Assembly (NCBI RefSeq): GCF_902150065.1
Contig: NC_043996.1
Span: 24,796,745 to 24,860,744, forward strand
Direction of reading: 5' to 3'
Origin: Myripristis murdjan
Taxonomy: Eukaryota
DNA length: 64,000 nucleotides
The notes below the pieces were generated by a model. The model did not search any database. It worked only from the letters and a program-made list of their open reading frames with translations, and was not told the origin of the DNA. A program made the position numbers and the translations under genes. Shown in pieces: positions 24,847 to 35,992 of the stretch. The first letter of the stretch is position 1; every line of letters begins with the position of its first letter.

Positions 24847-26625
24847 TTAAATGTACAGTCCGTCCTCCATGGTGCCTTTTGATCGAGTGTGAGAGCCTCG
24901 GCGGGTGGGGTCGTGCCCTCTCTCCCTGTCACTGCCTCTCCTGTCTCTCTCCCTCCGCTGACTCGCCCTGCCGCCGCCGCCCTCAAACTGCATCCTCATG
25001 CTCTCCACTTTGCTCCCTCGTTTCTCCTCCCCTCGCTCCCGTTGGCTCCTCCCTGCCGCTCTTTCGTTGTGTGGCGCCGCCCCTCTCGTGTGCGAGCTCC
25101 TCTTCGCGTCCGATTCCTCCCCCCGTCTGTCCGAACGCTCTCTCCTCGCCGCGGCTTCGTGACTCCGCGATGTCTCTTTCCTCGCCTGGCCCCCCACTTC
25201 TGCTTGTTTCAAGTCTCTTTCCGTCTCTCTCTTTGATTCGCTGCCGTGCTTCTCGTCCTTACTTGCCCTTTCCGCCCTGCAGTCCCTCGCTGGAGCCTTC
25301 TCGGTCCGTCTCTCCTCGTCTCTCTGGTTGCTTCCTCTCGTTTCATCTTTGCTCCGTCTCTCGCTCCTTTCCTTCGTTCTGTCTTTCTCACTCCTGCTGC
25401 CGTGCCGGCTCGAGCTCCCTCTCTCCGCCTCTTTTTCCTTCCTCTCCCGGTCGGCTCCGTGCCGATCTCGATCCCTCTCGCTCGTCGCTCTTTCGCTCTC
25501 CGTGCTGCTCTTCCTCATTTCGGCTCCTCTGTCGCTCCTCGCCCTCTCTGGATCCGCCTTTCCGCTCCAGCTTTCTCTTTTTGGGCCGCCCGACCTGCTT
25601 TTAGCTCGCTCCTGGTCTTTTTCGTTCGTGCTCTTTTCATCCGTCTCTTTCCTCTTCTCTTCTGTCCTCTCCCTCTTGCTAGTTGTGTGTTTTTCCTTTT
25701 CCCGCTTACTCTCGTTTTTCTCCTTTTCGGTGTTCATTTGATTATCCGTTTCTTTCTCCTCCTTCCCTCCTTTGTCAGGTCGTTCCTTGGAACGCTTCTC
25801 CTTGTTTTCTTTCTCAGATTTGACACTCTCACTCTTCTCCTGTTTATTTTCATCCGGTAGCCTCTTCAGCTTGGACTCAGATTTACCCTCCATGATGCCT
25901 TCTTCCTTCTTGCTCTCCTTCTCTCCCTCTACCTTAGCATCCTTTTCTCCTTCCTCCTGTGCTTTCTCCCTCTCCTTAGCCCCTTTATTCTCTGACTCTG
26001 CTTTATCATTCTTGCTCTCCTTCTCTTTCCCCTCCTTCTTGCTCTCCATAGGTCCTTTCTCCTTCATCTGACTCTTCTTTTGCTCCTCCTCGACCTTTTT
26101 GTCCAGTTTCTCCTCCAGGAGGTCCAGCTCCTGCTCCAGCTGAGCCAGCTTCACCGGGTCCGATTCCAAATCGTCTTCCACCTCCACCTCCACCTCCTCG
26201 ATTTCCTCATACTCCTCCACCTCGATGCCGTCCATGGTCTTCTGCAGCTGAGTCTTCACTTTGTTTAGCTCCAGGAGGCCATCTTGGAGGTCTTTACATA
26301 CTTCACGGATCTTGGTAGCGAACTTGGTTTTGGCGCCCTTGCGGAGCTCGTGGGAGTCCTTGGCCAGGAAGAAGACGTCCAGGGCGAGGAACAGGGCTGA
26401 CATGACGCCCGTGGTGACGCTGATGGCCTGGGCGGCTTTGGCGGCGCCGCCCGCCGCGCCGAGGACCTGCACGGTGCTGATGAGCTTGTCGGTGTTGATC
26501 ATCAGGGCCTTGCCGGCTCGACCGCCCTCCTTCATCACGTGCTTGATGTTGTGGTTCAGAGCCTTCTTGGCCGCGCTCTCTGAGTACTTCTCAAAGTCCC
26601 ACTCCTGCAGGGTGTCCATACCTTC
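24847..26625 (-). CDS. ApoL-like gene A terminal exon: C-terminal half of the apolipoprotein-L domain followed by a ~430-aa E/K/R/S/D-rich low-complexity tail, with stop codon
   Basis: Acceptor 'cccctgcag|GAAGGTATGGAC'. The upstream frame is closed by TGA, so the intron is required. The translated sequence GMDTLQEWDFEKY...ALMINTDKLISTVQVLGAAGGAAKAAQAISVTTGVMSALFLALDVFFLAKDSHELRKGAKTKFATKIREV aligns with gene B and with the ApoL family. The tail is rich in EKEK, RERS and RDRDR runs. Confidence 0.7.
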   Translation of the reverse strand, partial: EGMDTLQEWDFEKYSESAAKKALNHNIKHVMKEGGRAGKALMINTDKLISTVQVLGAAGGAAKAAQAISVTTGVMSALFLALDVFFLAKDSHELRKGAKTKFATKIREVCKDLQDGLLELNKVKTQLQKTMDGIEVEEYEEIEEVEVEVEDDLESDPVKLAQLEQELDLLEEKLDKKVEEEQKKSQMKEKGPMESKKEGKEKESKNDKAESENKGAKEREKAQEEGEKDAKVEGEKESKKEEGIMEGKSESKLKRLPDENKQEKSESVKSEKENKEKRSKERPDKGGKEEKETDNQMNTEKEKNESKREKEKHTTSKRERTEEKRKETDEKSTNEKDQERAKSRSGGPKRESWSGKADPERARSDRGAEMRKSSTESERATSERDRDRHGADRERKEKEAERGSSSRHGSRSEKDRTKERSERRSKDETRGSNQRDEERRTEKAPARDCRAERASKDEKHGSESKRETERDLKQAEVGGQARKETSRSHEAAARRERSDRRGEESDAKRSSHTRGAAPHNERAAGRSQRERGEEKRGSKVESMRMQFEGGGGRASQRRERDRRGSDRERGHDPTRRGSHTRSKGTMEDGLYI

Positions 26626-26834
26626 CTGCAGGGGACAGAGAGGACGAGAGGGTCAGGACACTCTCAGACAGAAAGAAACGCGCCATTTTTGATGCATCTG
26701 TGTTTGTAGTTTGAGATGATGACACATTTGGCTACATGTGATGCTTGAATCTGATATAAGTGACTCATAATGGAGAAACGTCTGTGCTGCTTTGCTCCAT
26801 AAAAGCAAATATGCTTTTTTGTCATTGCCAGTGT

Positions 26835-26935
26835 GAAGATAAGATATAAGATAAAATATTCCTTTATTAGTCCCACAGTGGGGAAATTTCAAGCATTACA
26901 GCAGCAAAGTGGATAGCAAAATATGAAGCACTGCT
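26835..26935. repeat. Copy 1 of a dispersed repeat family ('gataagata...ttcctttattagtcccacagtggggaaatttcaagcattacagcagcaaagtggatagcaaaatatgaagca')
   Basis: About 95% identical to the copy at 31540-31650. Both copies lie in introns and both begin with a (GATAA)n microsatellite. Confidence 0.7.
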
Positions 26936-27644
26936 CGTTTTCCTCTATGGTCCTAGCCATTCATGCCAAAATGGCAGCGACCCGCACTACATAGATTGAA
27001 ATAGCTTAATCTAAACCCACAAAACACTTTGGCTCTTCATCTTATGTGAGCTGCAGATATGGCAAAGGTACACACATTATTAACTAAAGCAAAGGTACAG
27101 AGACTTGTGTAAAAAAAAAAAAGACTGGTAAAAGTAGCATACTGCTTCAACTTCTTTACTCAAGTAAAAGTAAAAAGTACAGGCTCTGAAATGAAAGTAT
27201 AAAAGTAAAACGTAGCCCTTTACGAGTATTGCTCCAGCCCTTTTTTCGACAACCGGCTGTTTCTGTTAATTATTAGTGGGGTAATAGCATAAGTGCAAAG
27301 CGACCTGAACCTCACATCACATTAATACAATTGCTGTGTTACATCTGTTGAGTGTGATATGCAAGGATGGATACATCATGGGATTTGGGGTGAAATAGGT
27401 CTTGAAGTTGTGAAGGCATGCAAAGCAAAATAAAGGTAATTGATAATTGCCTTTGAATGCATTAAGACTAAAATAGGAAAGCCTGTTTTGAAAATGTAAG
27501 GAATAGATAGTACAGATATTTTTTGTAAAAATGTAGGGAGTAAAAGTAAAATGTTGTAAGAAAAATACATACTGAGATGTATATTTTACTAAATAATCTT
27601 TAATATCAAAAAACTGTTTAAATACAAGTGTAAAAGCTCCTCAC

Positions 27645-28060
27645 CTGTACGAACTCCAAACACTCCCTGATGTCACTGATCTCCTCCTGGTAGCCCTGGA
27701 TCATCTTCTCCACCTTCTTACGATCCATGTTGGAGTGAACCGTGTCTGTGATGTTGGCCGTCGCCGAGGTGATGCTGCCGGCGGTCGCCACGCCGATGCC
27801 CACCGCTGTGACGATGACCGAGGCGCCGAAGGTGAAGGGCGCCAGGATGAGGCCCGTGATGGTGGCCACGCTGCCCGCCACGCTGGCCACCCCTCCCCCC
27901 ACAGCGGCCGTCACCGTCCTCTTGTGGAACTGGTCGGCGGCGTCGGCCTGGGCCAGCAGCTCCAGGATGCGGTGCTGTAAGGACGCCCCCCGCTGGTTGA
28001 AGAGACGCACAAAGAGCCGGGCTGCCATGAACACACGGTCTGCAGCCTGCTCCACCGCCC
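27645..28060 (-). CDS. ApoL-like gene A exon: N-terminal half of the ApoL domain (AVEQAADRVFMAARLF...TVTAAVGGGVASVAGSVATITGLILAPFTFGASVIVTAVGIGVATAGSITSATANI...ECLEFVQ)
   Basis: Acceptor 'tctccag|GGCGGTG' is homologous to the gene B acceptor. Donor 'gtacag|gtgagg'. The Gly/Ala-rich membrane-insertion hairpin is typical of apolipoprotein L. Confidence 0.7.
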
Positions 28061-28067
28061 TGGAGAG

Positions 28068-28102
<35 letters not shown>

Positions 28103-29488
28103 GCTGCGAGGCCTGACATCTCAGAGCAATGTGGTGTAATTAAATCGCACTGTAATGAACTAGAGGAAATTTTGGAAACTCAAACATTTTCAACTCCTGG
28201 AAAGCTCTTCAAAAACAGAAACATCCATAATGTCTTTGAAACATGAAATGTCAAGGTTACCTGCTGATGGAGCTGATAAATGAGGAGTTCATTTGCAAAA
28301 ACAGATTTCTCCATTTCAATTTATTAAACCTTTTTAAACTTTTTTGAGTTTTTTTTAAAATTTACTTTATATTTATTTCTATTTTTTATATGTTTATTTA
28401 GTCTGGCATAATGTTTATTATCCTAAATCATGCTTTGTGTGTGTGTGTGTGTGTGTATATATGTGTGTGTGTACTCCAAGCAGTATCGGTGAAAAAGGTG
28501 TATTCATTTTAAGAATGGCTTTTATCTGTTTTTGCAAATGAACTCTTCAAATATATCTAACACATCTGACTATGTTTTATCGTTCTTTTATTGAGTCTGT
28601 TATCACATTTTCCTTTATCTGTTGGTTTCAATCCTTGAAGGTTAAACAGAGAAACATACTTTACAGGGTTGTCAGTGTTAGCAGCAAAATCATGGGGTCT
28701 GCACAACAAACTCTACAAGAGCTCTACAACAAACAACTTATGAAGAAAGCAATCTCCGTCCTGTCTGACGGCTCTCATCCTTTACACCAGCCGTTCCAGT
28801 TTTTACCATCAGGTTCACTACTCAGACTCCCACTTGCAAAAACAAACAGATATAAGCGCTCCTTTGTACCCTCCGCTGTTTCTCTTTTAAATAACAGGAG
28901 GAAAAGGTAGCTGGGTGGAATAGTCTTCCTAACTTTAAAATGATCTCTCTAATTCGAGTGATCATTTATTTATTTATTTTTATTTTTATTTATTTATTTT
29001 TTTCTATAATGTGCATTTGGAATTATCTATAATGTGCACTTGGAATTGTAATTTACTATGTCATGTGTATTTGTTTACTTTGTTGTGTGTGCTTCCTCTG
29101 TTGTGAAACTAATTGCCCCACTGGGGACAAATAAAGATATTGATTGATTGATTGATTTTCTGATTATACAATTTTACAATTTTACAATTTTAAAATATAT
29201 AAATGAATATAAATGTCTCATGAGATCGCTATGCCTGTGCACAGCGAGACCTGGGACGTTCAAATTAGTTATTTAACGAAACTTTCAACACTGAAGTTGA
29301 CAAACACAGGTCATGGAAATATACTCAAAGTATAAAAAGTGGTAGAACAAGATTAGCACAAAGTAAACCTGGAACGAGGTTTCTTAAAATCTAATCTGAC
29401 ATTCATGAGCATGAATGCCACCTCATGGCAGGATTTCCTAAATGGCAAGTTAAAAAAAAAAAAAAAAAAAAAAAGATGCCCCACTTAC

Positions 29489-29540
29489 ATTTCCTCATCC
29501 TCCTCCTGAAAATTGGATGTTTCATTCCACTCGGTCCAGC
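29489..29540 (-). CDS. ApoL-like gene A small 5' exon (GWTEWNETSNFQEEDEEM; 52 nt)
   Basis: Acceptor 'ctgttaccag'; donor 'aaat|gtaagt'. It has the same 52-nt length and phase as the gene B homologue at 58890-58941. Confidence 0.55.
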
Positions 29541-29773
29541 CTGGTAACAGGATGAATACAATCAGCAGAAATTAGACAAACTCACAAAGCAGTGATTTTT
29601 AAAGTCATCAACTCTACATGTCAGAAATAGGGTTTGTGTTTAACTGGGAAAGTGAACTTTAATTTCACACCTTCTCCAGCAGTAGTTTTTTGTGGTGCTG
29701 CCCTAATACAAAGCAAACACTGCAAGCAAAAATTTATTTATTCCAAATCAAAGACGAATACGATTGCACTCAC

Positions 29774-29813
29774 CTTCGACCGATTTCCACCAGTCCATCA
29801 AGCCGTCGTTTTC
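29774..29813 (-). CDS. ApoL-like gene A small 5' exon (ENDGLMDWWKSVE; 40 nt)
   Basis: Acceptor 'cctctcag'; donor 'gaag|gtgagt'. It is paralogous to the gene B exon DVEGLMDWWNTVE (also 40 nt). Confidence 0.6.
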
Positions 29814-29891
29814 CTGAGAGGAGAGAATTATTTTAATTGAAACAGATCATGCTAGAAATACATTTACGTAGCAATCCAGAGTGGGATGTGT

Positions 29892-29929
<38 letters not shown>

Positions 29930-29931
<2 letters not shown>

Positions 29932-30004
29932 CCTCAGAGTCCAGCGGGTTGCCCTCAGTAGGATAAGCTGCCATCTCCACAGGCTGGATCTCTACTGTGC
30001 TCTC
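29930..30004 (-). CDS. ApoL-like gene A 5' exon (ESTVEIQPVEMAAYPTEGNPLDSEE; 75 nt, phase 0)
   Basis: Acceptor 'ttttccag'; donor 'gaggag|gtgtgt'. The TVE[IM]QPV motif is shared with the exon at 31201-31263. Confidence 0.5.
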
Positions 30005-31200
30005 CTGGAAAACACACACACACACACACACACATTAACACACATTTGTCAATGCACTATTTAGTCTGTTGTTACCTGTGTGCCTGTCACCTTATTATAG
30101 ATAAAGAGACGTCCTAACATGTATAAGTTGATGGTTTACATCATGATGTACAGTGGTGGAAAAAAGTTTTTGGACACCCCGTGCATTTGTGAAATATTGC
30201 ATTAAGAATCACTCTTAAATCTTCAAGTGCAATTTCTATTAGTACAGTCACAGCCAAAATACCAAACAAATCCTAAAAAAAGCCATTAAAAACATTAAAT
30301 TGATTGGTTCCATAAAAATACATAAGAAATTTTGAGTATTGGGTCATTTTGGTACCAGTGATGAAGGTCGTTCTTTTCATTAAAAGACACAATTTTTGTT
30401 GCCAAGCTTGGTGTCTATATAAAGCCAACACATTTGAAAGTTCTTCAGACACAAAAATGGCTAAAACAAGGAACCTAACGCAGGAAACACGCCTGAAGAT
30501 AAACAATAAACAAAAAAAATATAATTTGTATTTGTTTGTATCTGTTATTGTCTAAGGGTGTCTGAAAACTCTTTTCCACCACTGTTTCCCTGCACATCTG
30601 ATTTTTTTAGTCGGTGCAGCTCCATAACACCAACACTGAGAGGATAAATGGAGCCAACAAAGCTGTAAATGTATGTAAGTCAGCGGTCCTTCCCCTTGTG
30701 ACTCCTTAAAGAAATGCTCCGTCGAACGCTGCCTATGCAACAACTTTCCTTCTTTGGGTTATTTCATTGAGGAACAGAGGCTGAAAACTAGTCAGTGTGT
30801 CACAAGGAAAAAAGCAGAGGAGACAATAACAATATGAAGATGATCATTTGCACAGCAGAAATACAAATGTGCTGTTTCTTAACTATTTCTCCAACTAGTT
30901 TTACGGTGTTTGTTCCTCTCCTTAGGTGTCTATTGTCATTAAATCATATTTTACTTGATTATTCTTGATTATTACTTGATTATTACTTCTAAATATAGCC
31001 CAAAAATGATCTTATGACCCTTTGCAAGGTCATGACCCCGAGAATGAGAACAGGTACTGTAAGGTGTGTTAGATAAAAGCAGACATATAACAGCTTATAC
31101 TATGAGATGAAGTTGACAAAACAATAAAAGCCACAGCTTTGGATGGAGAAGTGACAGCAGAGGCTGACTGTGTGTCCTACTGGGTGTCTGTCTGTCTAAC

Positions 31201-31263
31201 CTGTGTTGTGTTCACGGGCTGCATCTCCACAGTCTCCTCGAGAATCGGCAGCTTGTCAGAACT
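31201..31263 (-). CDS. Linker exon (SSDKLPILEETVEMQPVNTTQ; 63 nt, phase 0) between the repeat array and the ApoL exons
   Basis: Acceptor 'cctcccacag'; donor 'acacag|gttaga'. Confidence 0.4.
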
Positions 31264-31539
31264 CTGTGGGAGGAATAATAATAATAATAAAAAAATAAAA
31301 AAAAAGATCAAATTTTCCTCAATGACACTGTAATAAACTGCTTTTTGATGCTAGGAGTAACACAGTATTTCACACACATTCATAATCATACCATGCATCA
31401 TAAACAAGAAAGAGAAATATTGAGGAAATAATCTCTTGTTGGTTAAGACATATAGAGAGGCATGAGACTGGAAGGTTGCTGGTTTGAGTCCTGAGGCTGT
31501 GTGAGCAAAGTGAAAGTGTGATCGCTCTCTTTCCTCATT

Positions 31540-31650
31540 AACTAAGATAAGATAAGATAAGATAAGATAAGATATTCCTTTATTAGTCCCACGGTGGGGA
31601 AATTTCAAGCATTACAGCAGCAAAGTGGATAGCAAAATATGAAGCATAAT
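31540..31650. repeat. Copy 2 of the dispersed repeat family, with a (GATAA)6 head
   Basis: Directly visible identity with the copy at 26835-26935. Confidence 0.7.
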
Positions 31651-31899
31651 TTACATTATAAACAGTATAAACAGATAATAAATAGCAAAAAGCAATATAA
31701 ACATTATAAACTAACATGAATGTGCCCTTGAGCAAGGCACTTTACCAAAAATCCCCTCAGAGGCATTCATCAGAGTAAGAAGCTTGCAATGTGAAGAGGT
31801 TCTGAGTGCATGACAACACCTTCCCACGAATAAATAAAAAGGTAAAATAAAAGATAGCAGAGGTGTTTGACAGTAATAAACAGAGGACGGCAGCGATAC

Positions 31900-31962
31900 C
31901 TGAGTGTTGAAGTTAAGTTTGGGAATTCTGGGAAGAGTTTTCTTGACTCGGAAAGAGACAAC
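31900..31962 (-). CDS. Linker exon (VVSFRVKKTLPRIPKLNFNTQ; 63 nt, phase 0)
   Basis: Acceptor 'ctccttcag'; donor 'actcag|gtatcg'. Confidence 0.4.
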
Positions 31963-32276
31963 CTGAAGGAGAAAAAATTTTAAAAAAGCCTTGATGGTGC
32001 AAAGTCTGTTTTATTTAATTGCATTTATTTTACCATTTTTCCAGATATAAAATCTTTATCCTATCCTATCCCGTGACCTTTGACCTTCAAAAATCCCACA
32101 AAAAGTAGTTACGGCACTTTCACTTGCATCATCATTATTTAAAAAAAAAAAAAAAAAAATACTGATACACACTAAAATGTGTTTTAATCACACAGAAATA
32201 CACTCTTATCTCACACGCTTATTACAGTGATTCTAGTTGATGCAGTTCTCCATCACATCACCGGATGACAACTCAC

Positions 32277-32351
32277 CCGTCTCTTCTTCTTGATGGTCCT
32301 CCGGCGCCTCAGCTGACTGCCGCCCTCTGGTGGCTCCATGTCCTCACTGTC
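32277..32351 (-). CDS. Linker exon (DSEDMEPPEGGSQLRRRRTIKKKRR; 75 nt, phase 0; basic NLS-like run)
   Basis: Acceptor 'ctccatcag'; donor 'gacgg|gtgagt'. Confidence 0.45.
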
Positions 32352-33135
32352 CTGATGGAGGAACACACACACACACACTGCCCTCTGTAACTGCTCTACA
32401 AACACAGATGTGAGATCCAGACGTCTGCAGGGTGCCAGTTACCCGGCTCAGCCACTTATTCTGAACATTTTTCCATCCACTGACTGTAGAGACAGTGAAG
32501 TGCTGAACATCATGATGTGGAAAATGAAAATGGCAAACACACGGGTTCAGATCTGGGTCACATCATTATAAATATGAGGTTTGGATGGGAATCTGCAAGT
32601 AGAGATAAAGACCATCCGGCTTTGATCCTCCTCTGTCTGTTGTTACAACTACAGTTACTACTAAAGTCATTACAGCTACTGCCACTACTGTAAAAACATC
32701 TACTGGTATGTTTAAGTTCTTTTATTAGGATAACCCCTTGAGATGAAGCATCTCGTTTTCGAGGGGGTCCTAAACACAGCACAAAGAAAAAGACATTATT
32801 TTGACAGACATAAATTTGACAAACAAAGCAGTAAATAAATCATGACAGAAACTTAAAAAGAACCAAAAACAAGCAAAAATTAAACATAGAGCCTACAATT
32901 ACAACATATTAAACAACAGAATAATGATCATTCTAGAGATATCCCGGCGTTATTGTAAAATATAAAAGAAAAATGTCAGTGAAAGGGAAGAAATATTAAG
33001 TGTACATGTACAATTGGTATGCAGATGACTTGCCAAGGCATGTTTAAGGCATGTAGTGCTACTAAAGTACAGTGAATGACATTGTGCTGGAAGAAAACAA
33101 GTTTCTCCTTCCCCTCAGTGCTGATAACGTCGTAC

Positions 33136-33195
33136 CTGCTGCTCCACTGCTTTAGGAGTCCTCCTGAACATGCCAGCGAACCCCGTTTTCTTTTC
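33136..33195 (-). CDS. Repeat-array exon, basic type (EKKTGFAGMFRRTPKAVEQQ; 60 nt)
   Basis: Acceptor 'ctgacacag'; donor 'cagcag|gtacga'. Shares the motif family [QE]EKGG.FSG.FKK.PK. Confidence 0.5.
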
Positions 33196-33734
33196 CTGTG
33201 TCAGAAACACACGAGGCGGTAAGACAGCGGGCATGCAGACGTGCTGGGAAAATCAAGTGGGATCACTGTGCTCGACTCACTTTTGAGGCGCCTGTCGCTT
33301 CAATCAGATTATCGGTGCTGGCTGACAGTTCACTTTGTGCTAAAAGATTGTCCTAAAAAAAAAAAAAAAAAAAAAAAAAACAAAGAGGAAAAAAGGCTCA
33401 TTTTTAAGCTTCTGTGTTGTCGGCTATCATACAGTGATATTAGGCACATTTTGGGCAGGGGAGAAGAGAAATGATTTCAGCAAAAGGCAAGAAAGAAAGA
33501 CACAAAGCTTCCTGAAGGTCACGAGTTGTTCCTGTGATTAAAATTGCTTGTGGTGATAATACACAAGGCACTTTAGGCAAATTAGAGAGAAAAAAAAATA
33601 GGCCTAAGATGCATTTTTATGGTTCCTGGCAACATGATGTTTTTTATATGAGTGAAGCCACAGTGACGAGGCGGTTCTCGTGCACGGTGTCCTGCCGGTA
33701 TTACCCGACATGGTGGCCCTCAGGTCGCTCTCAC

Positions 33735-33797
33735 CTTGGCGATGTCGGTGAGGCTGTCCCAGCTGGCCGACAGCTCCCTCGAGTCGCTGAGAGGATC
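33735..33797 (-). CDS. Repeat-array exon, acidic type (DPLSDSRELSASWDSLTDIAK; 63 nt)
   Basis: Acceptor 'ttttcccag'; donor 'gccaag|gtgaga'. Carries the LSAS.DSL motif. Confidence 0.5.
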
Positions 33798-34920
33798 CTG
33801 GGAAAAAAACAGCAGGGGTGTTAGACATCACATGTGGGCTGCATTATATTTATATTATATTTTCTAGTTCTGTTTATATTATATATACACTGTTTACATT
33901 TATATAGGCTGTTTATATTTATTACATATACGGTTTATAGTTTATACATGCTGTTTATATTTATACATATTGTTTACAATTGATATATACTGTTTATACT
34001 TATATATTTTATATTTAAATTTTTTTTTCTTTTCCTATTTTTTTTTTTTTTTTTTTTGTTACCTTGCTTTATTTATTTATTTAGGCTTATACTGGGACCT
34101 GAGTCCTAATTTCGTACCATTAACGTGTAAATGTGAGCTGGTATGACAATAAAGTTCCTTGAATCCTTAAATCCTTGATGGCTGTTGTTTTTTTCCCAAG
34201 AAAGCCTGAAGCGTGTGGCGCTGAAGCCAAACACGAAAATGACAAGGTGGAGCGTAGCACTCACACAGTCAGTAGCGGTTTTAGGCACGGGCGAAGCGGG
34301 CAGCCGCCCGGGGCGGCATATATTCATGTCACGTGGGGGGCGGCATGAGAGCAAAAAAAAAAAAAAAATCATCCTCGCTGCAAAGCAGTTTTCTATGACC
34401 GTATTCATCTGCATATAAGACAATATTTTTTCCATTGAAAATGCCCCGAAAAAACGCCCTCGTCTAATATTGGGGTCTAAGCAAACACACATGTATTGTG
34501 CTTGCATATAAACCAGTAGGTGGGCTCGCCTGATACCGCAATTACCGGCGAATGGCCGCATTGCGCAGTCAATAATCAACCATGTTGTCTGTGTCATTGT
34601 CCGCTGTGCTGCTGCAGCCGCGTATGAACAAAAGTTGATTTATAATGAGAGGATGGCAGTATGTGTGCGCCGCTCACCTGTCAGATCCGGCAGACCTGAC
34701 CGGGTGGGCGCGGCACCTGTAGGCATCAAGCCGGTGCCGCGACCGGCCCGCCTGATGCTGACCAGTGGCTTTTTTTTATGCAAACAAGATTTTGTTCATA
34801 TAAAAAGTATTTTTCCAAAAAAGGTATTTGTGCAGGTGTTGGCGCCCCTGCTCTGGGAGGGGCGCGTCTAGCCGCCAGAGGGGCACCGGTAACGGCCGTT
34901 ATCGCTTGGAAGTCCTCGCC

Positions 34921-34950
34921 TTGTGCGCGCGCGCGCGCGCGCACGCGCGG
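34921..34950. repeat. (GC)n dinucleotide tract 'gcgcgcgcgcgcgcgcgcacgcgcgg' (Z-DNA-prone) inside a GC-rich island
   Basis: Seen directly in the sequence. The flanking region 34250-35000 has far higher CpG density than the surrounding introns. Confidence 0.8.
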
Positions 34951-35448
34951 GGCTAGAACGGTAGGGCGCAAGACAGTAATTTCGCCCAGGGCGGCAACAT
35001 GGGCAGAACCGCCACTGCACACAGTTTAGAAACATATTACATAAACCTCAATTACAACATGATTTATTTGGTCATATCAGTGAAAATAATGCACCGACTT
35101 GATCTAGATGGCCTTTATTAGGACATAATGGTATAAGTGAGGTCCTGCATCTTTTTGCTTTATTTTCTGTTTCAACCTGCTTCAGTTATTTGCACATACT
35201 ATTTGACCCTGGTCTGGTTAGCATCTGCTTCTCAGATGGGAGCACAACAAGGGGTCTGAGATGTTTTTTTAAATTTTTAGTTTAAAAAATATGAGTCAGG
35301 CATAATAACTAAAACAATTAGTCTTTGCTAAGGTAGGTAAGGTCTACAAATTGAAATTGAAATTACAATTGAGAAATATCATCAGTATTAGGTTGTTATT
35401 TCAGACACTGATGGGGCTCGGTTGCACCTCTTTTTGTTTTTTTTAATA

Positions 35449-35484
<36 letters not shown>

Positions 35485-35621
35485 CCACTGGTCAGGGCAT
35501 ACTTGGCTGAAAAAATATGTCACATTCATTTTACATTACTGAAAAAAGTTTGAGAACCACTGGCGTAAAGCATGCAGATGAGAGCTCGCGTTGACAGAAA
35601 CACATTTACACACCTGATAAA

Positions 35622-35668
<47 letters not shown>

Positions 35669-35705
35669 TCAACACAAGCCAAACAGAATCACAGTATTTG
35701 CATAC

Positions 35706-35777
35706 CTTGGTGGCGACAGTGCGTGGAGCTGGTTTGGGAGACTTTTTGAAGAAGCCTGAGAGGCCTCCCGCCTTCTC
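35706..35777 (-). CDS. Repeat-array exon, basic type (EKAGGLSGFFKKSPKPAPRTVATK; 72 nt)
   Basis: Acceptor 'gtttttcag'; donor 'accaag|gtatgc'. Confidence 0.55.
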
Positions 35778-35781
35778 CTGA

Positions 35782-35820
<39 letters not shown>

Positions 35821-35923
35821 ACCGTCATCAGTGAAGGACCAGAGAAAACCAGACCGAGACGGAGAAACGGAGAACAAGGTAACATCTCCAGATAATTTAC
35901 TGGGCGTACCTTCGATGCTGTCG

Positions 35924-35992
35924 TGTCTGAGAGGTTTTCACAGCTGGCAGACAACCGGTCCATTCCTGCGTTCGACTCCTGCAACAGGAAAT
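35924..35992 (-). CDS. Repeat-array exon, acidic type (ESNAGMDRLSASCENLSDTTASK)
   Basis: Acceptor 'cctgttgcag'; donor 'tcgaag|gtacgc'. Confidence 0.55.

Noticed and set aside
24879-26692. Long plus-strand ORFs (241 aa, 204 aa, 143 aa, 137 aa, 115 aa) rich in Pro, Ser, Leu and Cys that lie opposite the gene A terminal exon
   Set aside because: They are the reverse-complement frames of the purine-rich (GAG/AAG/AGA) tail of the minus-strand ApoL CDS. Their composition is low-complexity and they have no splice or start context. This is a classic antisense-ORF artifact.
27718-28119. Overlapping ORFs in other frames across the ApoL exon (minus 133 aa Gly/Arg-rich; plus 124 aa and 81 aa)
   Set aside because: They are alternate frames of a GC-rich exon encoding a Gly/Ala-rich domain. 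Only the frame giving the ApoL hairpin (…GGGVASVAGSVATITGLILAP…) is homologous to gene B.
34106-34597. 163-aa minus-strand ORF (MTQTTWLIIDCAMRPFAGNC…)
   Set aside because: It spans the GC-rich island. It shows no recognisable domain, has biased composition and lacks splice context. It is most likely a chance ORF in GC-rich DNA.
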